Assembly (NCBI GenBank): GCA_050298055.1
Contig: JBNKTL010000037.1
Location: 1-49,282 of the forward strand
Origin: Spirochaetota bacterium
GTDB taxonomy: Bacteria > Spirochaetota > UBA4802 > UBA5550
Length of the DNA: 49,282 nt
Direction of reading: 5' to 3'
Position 1 is the first letter of the stretch. Every line of letters starts with the position of its first letter. This document shows positions 37,419 through 46,913 of this stretch, one piece after another. Under the pieces are notes generated by a model. The model had not been told where the DNA came from, did not search any database, and saw only the letters and a program-made list of their open reading frames with translations. Made by a program: the position numbers and the translations under genes.

Positions 37419-40400
37419 TTAAGATATTTGTTGCAACCATTTTTTTAGTTCAACCAGCTTTTTTTCAACAGTATCTGATTTTGGGGCAAAACAGAGTTTT
37501 TCACTGTCGTCAGGGTCCAGGGATATCCTTTTATCAGATTCTATGGCCATGACTATCTTTTCCGGTTCAATGAGTGAATCGCCGGTGATCTTCAGCTTCA
37601 AACAGGAAGAATCCTCAATGATCTCAGATATCTGCATTAATGACGCCATTGTCCTTATCTCTTCAAGCTGTATCAGTACTTCCACCTTTGGCGGGGGCAT
37701 CCCAAACCTGTCGATCAACTCGCTTTTTAAATTGACGATCTCTTCAAGGCTCTGGCACGATTCAAACCTTTTGTAGAATTCAATCTTCTGTTTCTCGTCG
37801 GCAATATAGGTATCGGGAATGTAGAAATCGGTATTGATAAAGACCGGTGTCCGGTAAAAGTCTGGTGTTTTCTCGCCGGAGAGCCGTTTCACGGCATCTT
37901 CAAGCATCTGGCAGTAGAGTTCAAAGCCCACCTCCATAATGCTGCCCGATTGCTCCTTGCCGAGAATGTTTCCCGCGCCCCTTATCTCCAGGTCCTTCAT
38001 AGCTATTTTAAAACCGCTGCCCAGCTCAGAATACTCGGAGATGACCTGCAGTCTCTTCTGCGCCTCCTCTGTGAGGGAGATATGTTTCGGATAGAAGAGG
38101 TAGGCATACGCTTTCCTCACTGATCTTCCAACGCGTCCCTTGAGCTGGTAGAGCTGCGAAAGGCCCAGGGTCTCGGCCCTGTTTATTATGATGGTGTTTA
38201 CATTGGGGATGTCGAGGCCCGATTCGATTATTGTGGTAGCAACCAGTACATGGTACTTTCTGTTCAGAAAGTCCATCATCACATCCTCAAGTTCATGTTC
38301 GTTCATCTGCCCGTGGCCCACACAGAAAGTCGCCTCCGGGACAAGTTTTCTCAGCATGGTTGTTACCGCTTCAATGGTTTCCACCCTGTTATGAACAAAG
38401 AATATCTGCCCGTCCCGCTGGATTTCATTCAGTATTGCGTTCCTGAGAATGTCGGGATTTTCTTCGAGCACATAGGTGTTGATGGCCTGCCTGTTTTCCG
38501 GGGGGGTTGAAATAATGGAAAGGTCCCGCATCCCGGACATTGACATGTGCAGTGTCCGGGGAATAGGGGTTGCCGTCATTGTCATTACATCAACCAGGGA
38601 GCGGTACTGCTTCAGTTTCTCCTTGTGTTTTACGCCGAATTTCTGTTCCTCGTCAATGATAAGAAGTCCCAGGTTTTTAAACAGGGCCTTGCCCATGATC
38701 AGGGCATGTGTTCCTATAATGATATCTATTTTCCCTTCCTTCAGTTTCTCCTTGATCCTGTTTATCTCCCCCCGGGTCCTGAACCGGGATATCATCTCGA
38801 TTTCTATGGGATAGCCGGAGAAGCGGTTCCTGAAGGTGTTGTAATGCTGCATGGCCAGAACGGTTGTGGGGACCAAAAGGGCAACCTGCATCCCGGCCAT
38901 GACTGATTTAAACGAAGCCCTGATGGCAACCTCGGTTTTCCCAAAACCCACATCTCCGCATATGAGCCTGTCCATGGGCCTGTCGCTCTCCATGTCGTCC
39001 TTGACGTCCTCAATGGCGGTTATCTGGTCCGGTGTCTCCTCGTATTCGAACCGGGCCTCAAATTCCTCCTGCCACTCTGTATCGGGCGGGTGCCTGAACC
39101 CCTTCAGGGAACTCCGCCTGGAATAAATCTTGAGAAGGTCCCGGGCTATCTCTTCCACGGACTCCTCGACGCGGCTCTTTATCCTGTTCCACGCGGACTT
39201 TTTCCCCAGGTGGTCTATCCGCGGTTTCCTTCCCTCCATGCCGATATATTTCTGTACAAGAGTGATCTTATCCAGTGAGATGTAGAGCCTGTCTCCGTCA
39301 GCATATTCTATGTTCAGGAAGTCCCTCTCCACGCCCCCCGCGGTCATCCTCTCTATTCCCCTGAAGATCCCGATACCGTGGTTAATGTGTACCACGTACT
39401 CTCCCACTTCCAGGTCCAGAAAGGACTCTATGGGCCGTGACCTGTCCTTTTTGAATTTTCGTTTTTTCCGGTAACTCTTTCCGAATATCTCATGGTCTGT
39501 TATGAGAAGTGTCCTGATTTCCCGGATCTCCATACCTTCCCTGAGAGGGGTAATGAGGATATTAAGCCCGCTTCCTTCATCTATGGCTTCAAAGTCCGAT
39601 GACGGGTCAAAGCTGTTAAGGAGGTCAAAGAGCCTCCTGGCCTGTCCCTCGAAACCTGTAGTCACCATCACATCCCATCCCTCTGCTTCCCTGCGGGAAA
39701 TCTCCTCTCTCACATCATTTATCCTTCCGCCGAAGCTGGGGATGCTCCTGATGTTCCATCTCAGGGAATCGGGAGAGGAGGTGAAGGTGTTGAGTTTCAG
39801 GGCGGACTTCTCCGCCCTGTGAAACTCTTCGGGGTCGATGAGTTCATGGGGAGGCAGGCAGAGCGTCTTCTTTCTCCGTTTCGTATAATACTCACTGAAT
39901 GTTCTTTCAACCAGGTTTTTCCGGGTGAGGAGTTCCTCCGTATTGAGCATGATGACCTTTGAGTTTTCGCTCATAAACGACAGGATAGTGCCCGGATTAA
40001 TGACCAGGGGGAAGAGGTCCTCGACCCCTTTTATAAGGGTAGATGAGTTTCCCGTATCTTCGTTTTCAATAAGACGGGAGGTCATTTCGTCGGGGAATTC
40101 CCTTCCTTTCTCAATTTCTTTTCTAATTATATCAGCAAACTTTTTTCTCTCCTTTTCGAAGAGGAGGAGCTCCCTCTCGGGATAGATAGTTATGGATTCA
40201 AGCCGTGAATGAGAGATCTGGCTGTTGAGGTCGAACTCCCTTATCTCCTCAAGGGTATCGCCAAAGAAGTCAAGCCTTACGGGATTTTCCCCGGACGGCG
40301 GAAAGAGGTCCAGGATTCCCCCTTTAAGGGCAAAGTGCCCGTAACCTTCAACTCTCCTCTCTCGTGAGTATCCGTAAGAAACCAGCATTTCCCCCAGGTC

Positions 40401-40850
40401 ATCAAAAGGATACTCCTCATCTACTGCCAGTTCAATTCCCTTTCTGAGAAAGAAATCGCTGGCAGGGAGTTTCCTGATGAGGGCCTCTACGGTGGTAACA
40501 ATCACTGCGGGTTCACCGCTGAGGATCCTGTAGATTGCCGTGATCCTTTCCCTCTCCACGCTGGTGGGTATTGAGACAAATTCGTAGGGAATGGTTTCCC
40601 AGGGGGGAAACCTGAATATCTCCTCCGCCCTGAGAAAGGATGAGAGGTCCAGGAAGAACTCCTGCATCCGGGATGAACTGTCTGCTACCACAAGGTACTG
40701 TCCCGGCTGGGCGAGAAAAATTGATGAAACAAGAAGGGGATACGACGCAGGTGAGATCCCTTCCACTTCTTTCGCGAACTCGCCGGGACCGGTCAGTTCC
40801 CTGAACTCGTCGGTTTCACTATATTTTTTTGCCAGGGGATTCAGTATCAT
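37419..40850 (-). CDS. mfd: Transcription-repair coupling factor
   Basis: VVHINHGIG, ETPDQ, GDVGFGKTEVA, DEEQKFGV, TATPIPRT, QLKGRVGR, DLEIRGAG. Confidence 0.97.
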   Translation of the reverse strand: MILNPLAKKYSETDEFRELTGPGEFAKEVEGISPASYPLLVSSIFLAQPGQYLVVADSSSRMQEFFLDLSSFLRAEEIFRFPPWETIPYEFVSIPTSVERERITAIYRILSGEPAVIVTTVEALIRKLPASDFFLRKGIELAVDEEYPFDDLGEMLVSYGYSRERRVEGYGHFALKGGILDLFPPSGENPVRLDFFGDTLEEIREFDLNSQISHSRLESITIYPERELLLFEKERKKFADIIRKEIEKGREFPDEMTSRLIENEDTGNSSTLIKGVEDLFPLVINPGTILSFMSENSKVIMLNTEELLTRKNLVERTFSEYYTKRRKKTLCLPPHELIDPEEFHRAEKSALKLNTFTSSPDSLRWNIRSIPSFGGRINDVREEISRREAEGWDVMVTTGFEGQARRLFDLLNSFDPSSDFEAIDEGSGLNILITPLREGMEIREIRTLLITDHEIFGKSYRKKRKFKKDRSRPIESFLDLEVGEYVVHINHGIGIFRGIERMTAGGVERDFLNIEYADGDRLYISLDKITLVQKYIGMEGRKPRIDHLGKKSAWNRIKSRVEESVEEIARDLLKIYSRRSSLKGFRHPPDTEWQEEFEARFEYEETPDQITAIEDVKDDMESDRPMDRLICGDVGFGKTEVAIRASFKSVMAGMQVALLVPTTVLAMQHYNTFRNRFSGYPIEIEMISRFRTRGEINRIKEKLKEGKIDIIIGTHALIMGKALFKNLGLLIIDEEQKFGVKHKEKLKQYRSLVDVMTMTATPIPRTLHMSMSGMRDLSIISTPPENRQAINTYVLEENPDILRNAILNEIQRDGQIFFVHNRVETIEAVTTMLRKLVPEATFCVGHGQMNEHELEDVMMDFLNRKYHVLVATTIIESGLDIPNVNTIIINRAETLGLSQLYQLKGRVGRSVRKAYAYLFYPKHISLTEEAQKRLQVISEYSELGSGFKIAMKDLEIRGAGNILGKEQSGSIMEVGFELYCQMLEDAVKRLSGEKTPDFYRTPVFINTDFYIPDTYIADEKQKIEFYKRFESCQSLEEIVNLKSELIDRFGMPPPKVEVLIQLEEIRTMASLMQISEIIEDSSCLKLKITGDSLIEPEKIVMAIESDKRISLDPDDSEKLCFAPKSDTVEKKLVELKKWLQQIS

Positions 40851-40937
40851 GATTCAGCTTCTTGAACGGGAATAGTACTGTTTTATTTTAATTTCATGAG
40901 TTTTTTTTCAAGAAAATAATTTGGAATTTTAGTTTCT

Positions 40938-41120
40938 TTATACTGTTTTTTTGAGTAAGGCTGTTGTTCCCCGGGGCAGAGTTTCCTTCATTGCGTTATC
41001 CAGGGCTTTTCTGATTACATCTTCTTCACCGTTTCCTGATGCGGCCCCATAATCAGTAATATTTCCGCTGATTGCCGCACGGAGAGCCGTCTCAAGCCGC
41101 TGAGAACTCTTTGAAATGAG
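40938..41120 (-). pseudogene. Fragment of a DUF89/ARMT1-like phosphatase
   Basis: Hand translation LISKSSQRLETALRAAISGNITDYGA..; in-frame stops upstream and no start codon. Confidence 0.55.
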
Positions 41121-41178
41121 CTAAAGTTCAAAAAGTCCTTTTGTTTCTCATAAAAAAGTTGAATTATCTTCAAAGCTC

Positions 41179-42003
41179 ATGAATAATTGCCGGAAGAAAA
41201 ACGACAAAATGAGATTCCAGTTAAATATAAAAAAAAGATCTTTCAGGGGATTGAAAGGAAAGGCCATCCTTCTCTGCCTGCTACTGGGAACTTATGGCTT
41301 TGCGGAAACAGGCAGTGATGCCGGGATCTTTAAAAGGATACTCAAAAACAACGCCGGAATAAAAACAGTTGATGCCTCTATTGAACAGCTGACAATCAGG
41401 GGAGAAGAGGCGCCTCGTCGCAGCAGGGGGAGGTTCCGGGCGGGAAGGGGAGGGAGGTTCAGGATCGACTATACGGGTCCCGAAGAACAGCTGGTGATCT
41501 ACAACGGCAGGGACCTCAGGTGGTATTTCAGAAAGGAGAACCTTCTCTATATCTACCCGGGCAGGGGGCCGGGGAAGCTCCTCTCCTCTGCACCGCTTGA
41601 GAAGTACAGGAAAGAGATAAACGGGAGATTCAGTATAAAGTATATGGGAAGCAGATTTTTTTGGCTTTTCAGGATGGTAGATCTTTACAGGCTCAGGGAA
41701 AAGAAAAGGGGAATGGATATTTTTCTCTGGATTGATTCATCCCGGGGTGTTCTCCTGAAGAGAGTTTTAAAGGACAGAAAAGGTGTTGAGTATATGAAGG
41801 AGGAATTTCGGAATTACCGGAAGGTATCCGGTCTCTCTTTTCCCGGAAGTGTGGAGGTGATGGTGAGAACCGGTGAGGGGATAACCACCAGTATTACACG
41901 GTACACCGATGTTGTGATTAACAATGTCTTCGATAATAAACTGTTTAACATGGCCGTTCCCCCGGGAACAACAAAAAAAATCATCAATGAGTATGAGAGG
42001 TAA
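41179..42003 (+). CDS. LolA-like lipoprotein carrier/sorting protein
   Basis: RFRIDYTGPEEQLVIYNG, LWID..G, N..FD..LF..P. The true start may be downstream (e.g. 41209). Confidence 0.75.
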   Translation: MNNCRKKNDKMRFQLNIKKRSFRGLKGKAILLCLLLGTYGFAETGSDAGIFKRILKNNAGIKTVDASIEQLTIRGEEAPRRSRGRFRAGRGGRFRIDYTGPEEQLVIYNGRDLRWYFRKENLLYIYPGRGPGKLLSSAPLEKYRKEINGRFSIKYMGSRFFWLFRMVDLYRLREKKRGMDIFLWIDSSRGVLLKRVLKDRKGVEYMKEEFRNYRKVSGLSFPGSVEVMVRTGEGITTSITRYTDVVINNVFDNKLFNMAVPPGTTKKIINEYER

Positions 42004-42011
42004 AGAGCGAG

Positions 42012-43421
42012 GTGAGAAACACTATTGTCATTTTTTTGAAAATAATTATCATTATTGCGGCATTCTGCTTCCCCCTCCATGCCTTTGAAGTCAGGTCTGT
42101 TGTTATAAAGGGAAAAACCGTGGACCTTGATCTTTCCCCGGTAACCGGGATTAAAGATGAAGACCTCTCGGAAAAAAAAATAAAACTCCTCGGCGCACAG
42201 GTGGTGAACATCTACCACAGCTATGGCTATACTGCCGCAGTTATTGAGAAATCTGTTCTCAGAAAGGATGGGGTCCTCGAGATTTACCTGAACGAGGGGA
42301 GAATCGAAGGGATCAGTATCCGGGGAGTTGAGGGTGAGACCGGGGAGGAGGTCAGGGCATTTCTGGAGCCGGAGATGGGGAAGGTATTCAACGAGGGAAG
42401 TATCAGGAGGAGGATAAGATCAATCAGGAGCCTGCTGGATCTGGGCAGGATATCAATAGATCCCAAACGTTCCCCTGAAGGAAATGTCATACTTCTGGTC
42501 AATGCCGGCAGGAGGAAAGGAAGTTTTTACGGCAGGGTGGGTGCCGATATGATATACGGGGTCTCGCCCGCTATTGGCTACTGGTACCCCGGTAAGGGCT
42601 ATACTTTTGATATACAGGCTGTTGCCGGGATAAAAGACGGAGAAGCCAGGAGACTGGAAGGTCTTCTGGAGTATCTGGGCAGGAGTGATTCCGGCGGGCC
42701 GGGACTTCTTTTCGCTCTCAACGGGGGGAGACGGATCGAACGATGGGAATCCCGTGATCTGGAATATTACAGGGAGAGGGGATCAGTAGAGGCCGGTGCA
42801 AATATATTCTGCGGTCCGTTGAACATAAGGAGTTACATCGGGTTTAACTATGAGAGGCTTGAAGATTATCCGGACAGCGATTTGCTCATGGAGCCTTCAT
42901 TTACCCTTGAATTGATACAGAGCAGCTATTCCCGTGTATTGAATAAGCGGGAGGCGGTTTATACGGGAATAAAAGGGACAGGGGGGTGGGAGAGCATTAA
43001 TAACAGGTATTTTTTCAGCGGATCGTTTCACGGTGTCTATCCCTTCTTTATCTTCTCCTCCCTGAGGCTGGTACCCCGTTTTCTGGTGTCCTACATATCA
43101 TCGGATGAACGCTGCCTCTGGAGCTATGTCTTTGATAATAATATGATGGGAATTTTCGATGACTATACGGCCTCAAAGTGGAAGAACGTTGCGGGCCTTG
43201 ACGCGGAATATGAAATATCCAGGTCACAGGTTTTTATCGGGCCCTTTATCAATTCAGCATATTTCATTAATGAGGAGGATGAGTGGGATAAAAAAACCGG
43301 AACAGGGATAAAGGCTATTGTGCATTATGGATCGCTCAGATTTAAAATCATTTATGGATGGGATATTGACGAAAGTGCGGGGGAAGGCGGAATATACTTT
43401 ATTATTGAGGGGAGATTCTAG
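42012..43421 (+). CDS. POTRA plus beta-barrel outer-membrane protein (Omp85-like)
   Basis: Signal peptide LHA, YHSYGY..LEIYLNEGRI POTRA pattern, C-terminal IYFIIEGRF. Confidence 0.7.
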   Translation: MRNTIVIFLKIIIIIAAFCFPLHAFEVRSVVIKGKTVDLDLSPVTGIKDEDLSEKKIKLLGAQVVNIYHSYGYTAAVIEKSVLRKDGVLEIYLNEGRIEGISIRGVEGETGEEVRAFLEPEMGKVFNEGSIRRRIRSIRSLLDLGRISIDPKRSPEGNVILLVNAGRRKGSFYGRVGADMIYGVSPAIGYWYPGKGYTFDIQAVAGIKDGEARRLEGLLEYLGRSDSGGPGLLFALNGGRRIERWESRDLEYYRERGSVEAGANIFCGPLNIRSYIGFNYERLEDYPDSDLLMEPSFTLELIQSSYSRVLNKREAVYTGIKGTGGWESINNRYFFSGSFHGVYPFFIFSSLRLVPRFLVSYISSDERCLWSYVFDNNMMGIFDDYTASKWKNVAGLDAEYEISRSQVFIGPFINSAYFINEEDEWDKKTGTGIKAIVHYGSLRFKIIYGWDIDESAGEGGIYFIIEGRF

Positions 43422-43518
43422 CACTTCGACTGCGTGATCATGATTTGTGGGCTGCTGGAATATCCAACTCGTAAGGGAATCTTATTGGTGCGAAATCACG
43501 CGGGCTCAGCACAAGGAG

Positions 43519-44391
43519 CTATTTGAGGTTTTCCGGGTCGGTTATATACTCTTCTACAATGGGGATTTCCTCCAGGATCCTGTTGATATCATCTTTTGTG
43601 GTTTCTATTGATATTTCAGCATCATGGAATGCCTGTCGTTCAAGTGACGAGAGGTGCTGCATGCTTTCCAGATCTTTTGATGACATGAAATTTATTAAAT
43701 TGTCAACAAATGTGTTGAGCAAAGTATACACTTCCCTGATGGACTGGTTCATTTCATACAGGTAAATGAATTTCATTGCTTTTTCGGTATTTTCCGCGAA
43801 CCAGTCGATGACCTCACGCCCTTTCTTGTCCATTTTTGCCTGGTAGTGAGTTATTGACCGGGGATAGTTAGTAAGCTCTTTCTTGTAATTCTCGATTTTT
43901 TCAAATTTTTGTATACCGTCTATCTCGATGTTCCTGAAAATATCGTCAAGTTCAATACTGTCTGCCTTGTTCTCCTTGGGGAAGACATTAGAATTGACAA
44001 GGTTTTTTATGACTCCCTTAAGCCTTTCCCCGTGAGTATGCATCAGTGCGAGGGTGTCATCGATGAAGATTTCAGGATCGTACGCGTGTTCATCATCTTC
44101 CGATATATCCGTGCCAAAATCGTTGAGGCTTGAAATGGATATCTCATCAAGGGGTTTCCGTGATTCGCTTATCTTCTTCTGGATAACCTGCTGCTGGATA
44201 GCTGAGGCATCTTCGTTATGTGTCCTCATGAGTTTAATAATGTCAACTTTTTTCGTCAGCCTGTTGTACTTCAGGCCAAAGAGGTTTCCCTTTTTGTCAA
44301 CATACCTGTTGTTGAGATCGTATATGGACACCTTTGCCGTATTAATATCCGACACATCATTAATTCTGATAATGCGGGCTTTCTGTTTCAA
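43519..44391 (-). CDS. Hypothetical protein
   Basis: 290-aa ORF 3 bp downstream of the PilZ gene; TTG start. Confidence 0.75.
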   Translation of the reverse strand: MKQKARIIRINDVSDINTAKVSIYDLNNRYVDKKGNLFGLKYNRLTKKVDIIKLMRTHNEDASAIQQQVIQKKISESRKPLDEISISSLNDFGTDISEDDEHAYDPEIFIDDTLALMHTHGERLKGVIKNLVNSNVFPKENKADSIELDDIFRNIEIDGIQKFEKIENYKKELTNYPRSITHYQAKMDKKGREVIDWFAENTEKAMKFIYLYEMNQSIREVYTLLNTFVDNLINFMSSKDLESMQHLSSLERQAFHDAEISIETTKDDINRILEEIPIVEEYITDPENLK

Positions 44392-44394
44392 ATT

Positions 44395-44772
44395 TTACAA
44401 CTCATCCCGGGAAAAGGACTCAAGTGGCTCATCAAATTGCACTGCTATATAGGTCTCGCCCTTGGCCTGGTGGACCGCGAAGCGTTGGGCAACCTCAGAA
44501 GGATTGTTTTCCAGCATCCCTGTCCGTATTATCCTCCCCATCACGGAGTAATTGTTCTCCCGTGTCTTAAAATATACACAGATAGGATGGCCGGCGGCAA
44601 CCCTGCTGTCAGAAACGATAAAAACTCCGCCGGAACTGATATCAATAATATATCCGCTCCCCTTTTCGGGAACAGTGATGTTGGTATCTATGTCATCGGG
44701 ATTCCCCTCGTAAAAATCAAAATCTGTTTTTATTTTACATGAGTATCTCGGATATCGTCTCTTCTCGTTCAT
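44395..44772 (-). CDS. PilZ domain protein
   Basis: RRYPR and DISSGG c-di-GMP-binding motifs. Confidence 0.88.
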   Translation of the reverse strand: MNEKRRYPRYSCKIKTDFDFYEGNPDDIDTNITVPEKGSGYIIDISSGGVFIVSDSRVAAGHPICVYFKTRENNYSVMGRIIRTGMLENNPSEVAQRFAVHQAKGETYIAVQFDEPLESFSRDEL

Positions 44773-44833
44773 TCGCTCTCCCGGTCCAGCTGAAAACAGA
44801 AATTTACACAGCTGTAATTTTGGATTAAGTTAC

Positions 44834-44986
44834 TTAAATGTAAATACTCAGTTATATAGCTAAAATAAATATATTATTGAAAATATTAACAATATATCCC
44901 CGCCGCCTTGGGCGGCGGGGATATATCAGCTATGTTTTTTTTATAAATATGACTGTTCTTATGCATAGCTGAGTCGTTACATTTAA
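44834..44986. mobile_element. MITE-like element with 22-bp terminal inverted repeats and internal GC hairpin
   Basis: ttaaatgtaaatactcagttat / atagctgagtcgttacatttaa; internal atatatccccgccgcc-ttg-ggcggcggggatatat. Confidence 0.65.
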
Positions 44987-45112
44987 ATTATTATTTTTAT
45001 TCGGAATAATGTCAAGTCTTGTTTAAACGGGTAATTAAATTTGTTGACGAAATTGGCAAAAGAGAAAATAAGGAAAAGCATAAACTGTAAATCATAAAGA
45101 ACACTAATGAAG

Positions 45113-45190
45113 CCCCCCCTAACCCCCTGAGGGGGCATAAGAGAGTTTATGCAATAAAATCTTACGCCCCCTCAGGGGGGATGGGGGGAT
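45113..45190. repeat. GC-rich inverted repeat upstream of pyrG
   Basis: cccccctaaccccctgagggggc..gccccctcaggggggatgggggg. Confidence 0.65.
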
Positions 45191-45211
45191 TAAATAATCA
45201 GGAATAGTTAA

Positions 45212-46852
45212 ATGAAAAACCAGAAGGTCAACTACATATTTGTTACCGGGGGTGTCTGCTCGTCCCTGGGAAAGGGGATCTCCATAGCGTCTCTGGGGCT
45301 TCTCCTTGAGGGTCACGGATATAAAATATCCATTATAAAAATGGACCCCTATATCAATATCGATCCCGGTACCATGAGTCCCTATCAGCATGGGGAGGTC
45401 TATGTAACCGAGGACGGCGCCGAGACAGACCTGGACCTCGGCTATTACGAGAGGTTTACCAATGCCCGGCTCTCACAGAAAAACTCGGTCTCAACGGGGC
45501 AGATATACAATACGGTGATACAGAGAGAGAGAAGGGGAGACTACCTGGGGCGTACGGTCCAGGTCATTCCGCATATAACAAATGAAATTAAAAAGCGGAT
45601 ATTTGACGTTGCTACCGATGAGGACCTCGATTTTGTTCTTGTTGAGATCGGCGGGACCGTGGGCGATATGGAATCTGTCCCCTTCCTGGAAGCAATACGG
45701 CAGATACGGCAGGAACTGGGCTACAGGAGGGTCATGAATATCCATCTCACCCTGGTGCCCACAATAAGCGCCGCGGGGGAGCTCAAGACCAAGCCCACAC
45801 AGCATTCCGTAAAGGAACTTATGGAGCTGGGGATACTTCCCGACATGCTCCTCTGCAGGGTCTCTACCGGTCTCTCCGACGAGATGAAGAGCAAAATAGC
45901 ACTCTTCTGCAATGTTTCGGAGAGGAACGTGGTTGCAGCGGAAGACATACAGGGCTCCATCTACGAGATACCCTATATGCTTCACAAAAACAGGTTTGAC
46001 GAAATCGTCCTTGAGCACTTCGGCCTTGAAAAAAAGCAGCTCAGGCTTCCCAAGTGGGACAGGTTCATTAAGGCCGTGCGGAATCCAAAACGGAAGGTGA
46101 AGATCGCCGTTGTGGGGAAGTATACCAGCCTCCAGGACGCCTACAGGTCCCTCTATGAGGCGCTGATTCACGGCGCCGTGGCAAATGATGCGGAGATTGA
46201 GATTGAGAGGATCGAGTCGGATAAAATTGTTCTGGGGAAGAAATCCAACGTCAGGTCGGTATTGAAAGATGCCGACGGGGTCCTGGTACCGGGAGGTTTC
46301 GGCGACAGGGGGATCGAAGGGAAGGTTGAGGCCGTAAGCTATGCCAGGAAGGAGAAGGTCCCCTTCTTCGGGATCTGCCTGGGACTTCACTGCGCGGTCA
46401 TTGAGTTCGGCCGCAATGTATGCGGGATGGAGCAGGCGAATTCCACCGAGTTCAACCCCCAGGCAGAACACCCGGTGATCTCCCTCCTGGAGGAGCAGGA
46501 GATCATCTTCGACAAAGGGGGCACCATGAGGCTGGGAGCTTACAGGTGCGACCTCAGGGAGGGGAGCAAAATACGGGATATCTACGGAAAGGCCTCCATC
46601 ATGGAGAGGCACAGGCACCGGTTCGAGTTTACCATGAAGTACCGTGATATCTACCGGGAGAAGGGGATGGTCTTCGGGGGGATCCACCCTGAGACCGACC
46701 TCGTGGAGACCATTGAGCTTCCGGACCACCCCTGGTTTATTGCCACCCAGTACCACCCGGAATTCAAGTCACGGCCCACGGACCCCCATCCCCTGTTTAA
46801 GGATTTTATACGGGCCTCGTTGGAAAACGGGAAAAAGAAACGACGTCAATAG
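45212..46852 (+). CDS. pyrG: CTP synthase
   Basis: TGGVCSSLGKG, MSPYQHGEV, KTKPTQHSV, GICLG, ERHRHR, QYHPEF. Confidence 0.98.
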   Translation: MKNQKVNYIFVTGGVCSSLGKGISIASLGLLLEGHGYKISIIKMDPYINIDPGTMSPYQHGEVYVTEDGAETDLDLGYYERFTNARLSQKNSVSTGQIYNTVIQRERRGDYLGRTVQVIPHITNEIKKRIFDVATDEDLDFVLVEIGGTVGDMESVPFLEAIRQIRQELGYRRVMNIHLTLVPTISAAGELKTKPTQHSVKELMELGILPDMLLCRVSTGLSDEMKSKIALFCNVSERNVVAAEDIQGSIYEIPYMLHKNRFDEIVLEHFGLEKKQLRLPKWDRFIKAVRNPKRKVKIAVVGKYTSLQDAYRSLYEALIHGAVANDAEIEIERIESDKIVLGKKSNVRSVLKDADGVLVPGGFGDRGIEGKVEAVSYARKEKVPFFGICLGLHCAVIEFGRNVCGMEQANSTEFNPQAEHPVISLLEEQEIIFDKGGTMRLGAYRCDLREGSKIRDIYGKASIMERHRHRFEFTMKYRDIYREKGMVFGGIHPETDLVETIELPDHPWFIATQYHPEFKSRPTDPHPLFKDFIRASLENGKKKRRQ

Positions 46853-46907
46853 GCGCGACGACGATTTCCAATAGGCGCGACGACGTCGTCGCGCCAATTG
46901 GAAATCG
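46847..46907. repeat. REP palindrome plus half copy, downstream of the RAYT gene
   Basis: cgatttccaat-a-ggcgcgacgac|gtcgtcgcgcc-a-attggaaatcg (46862-46907); caataggcgcgacgacg duplicated at 46847. Confidence 0.85.
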
Positions 46908-46913
46908 GGAAAA

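Noticed and set aside
37543..40875. Many plus-strand ORFs within mfd
   Set aside because: They are antisense shadows with no independent evidence.
45491..46756. 421-aa antisense ORF
   Set aside because: It mirrors pyrG, is explained by G/C-ending codons, and has no recognisable motifs.
46847..46907. Possible CRISPR repeat pair
   Set aside because: Only a 5-bp gap separates the copies, and the palindromes flank a RAYT gene, so they are REPs.
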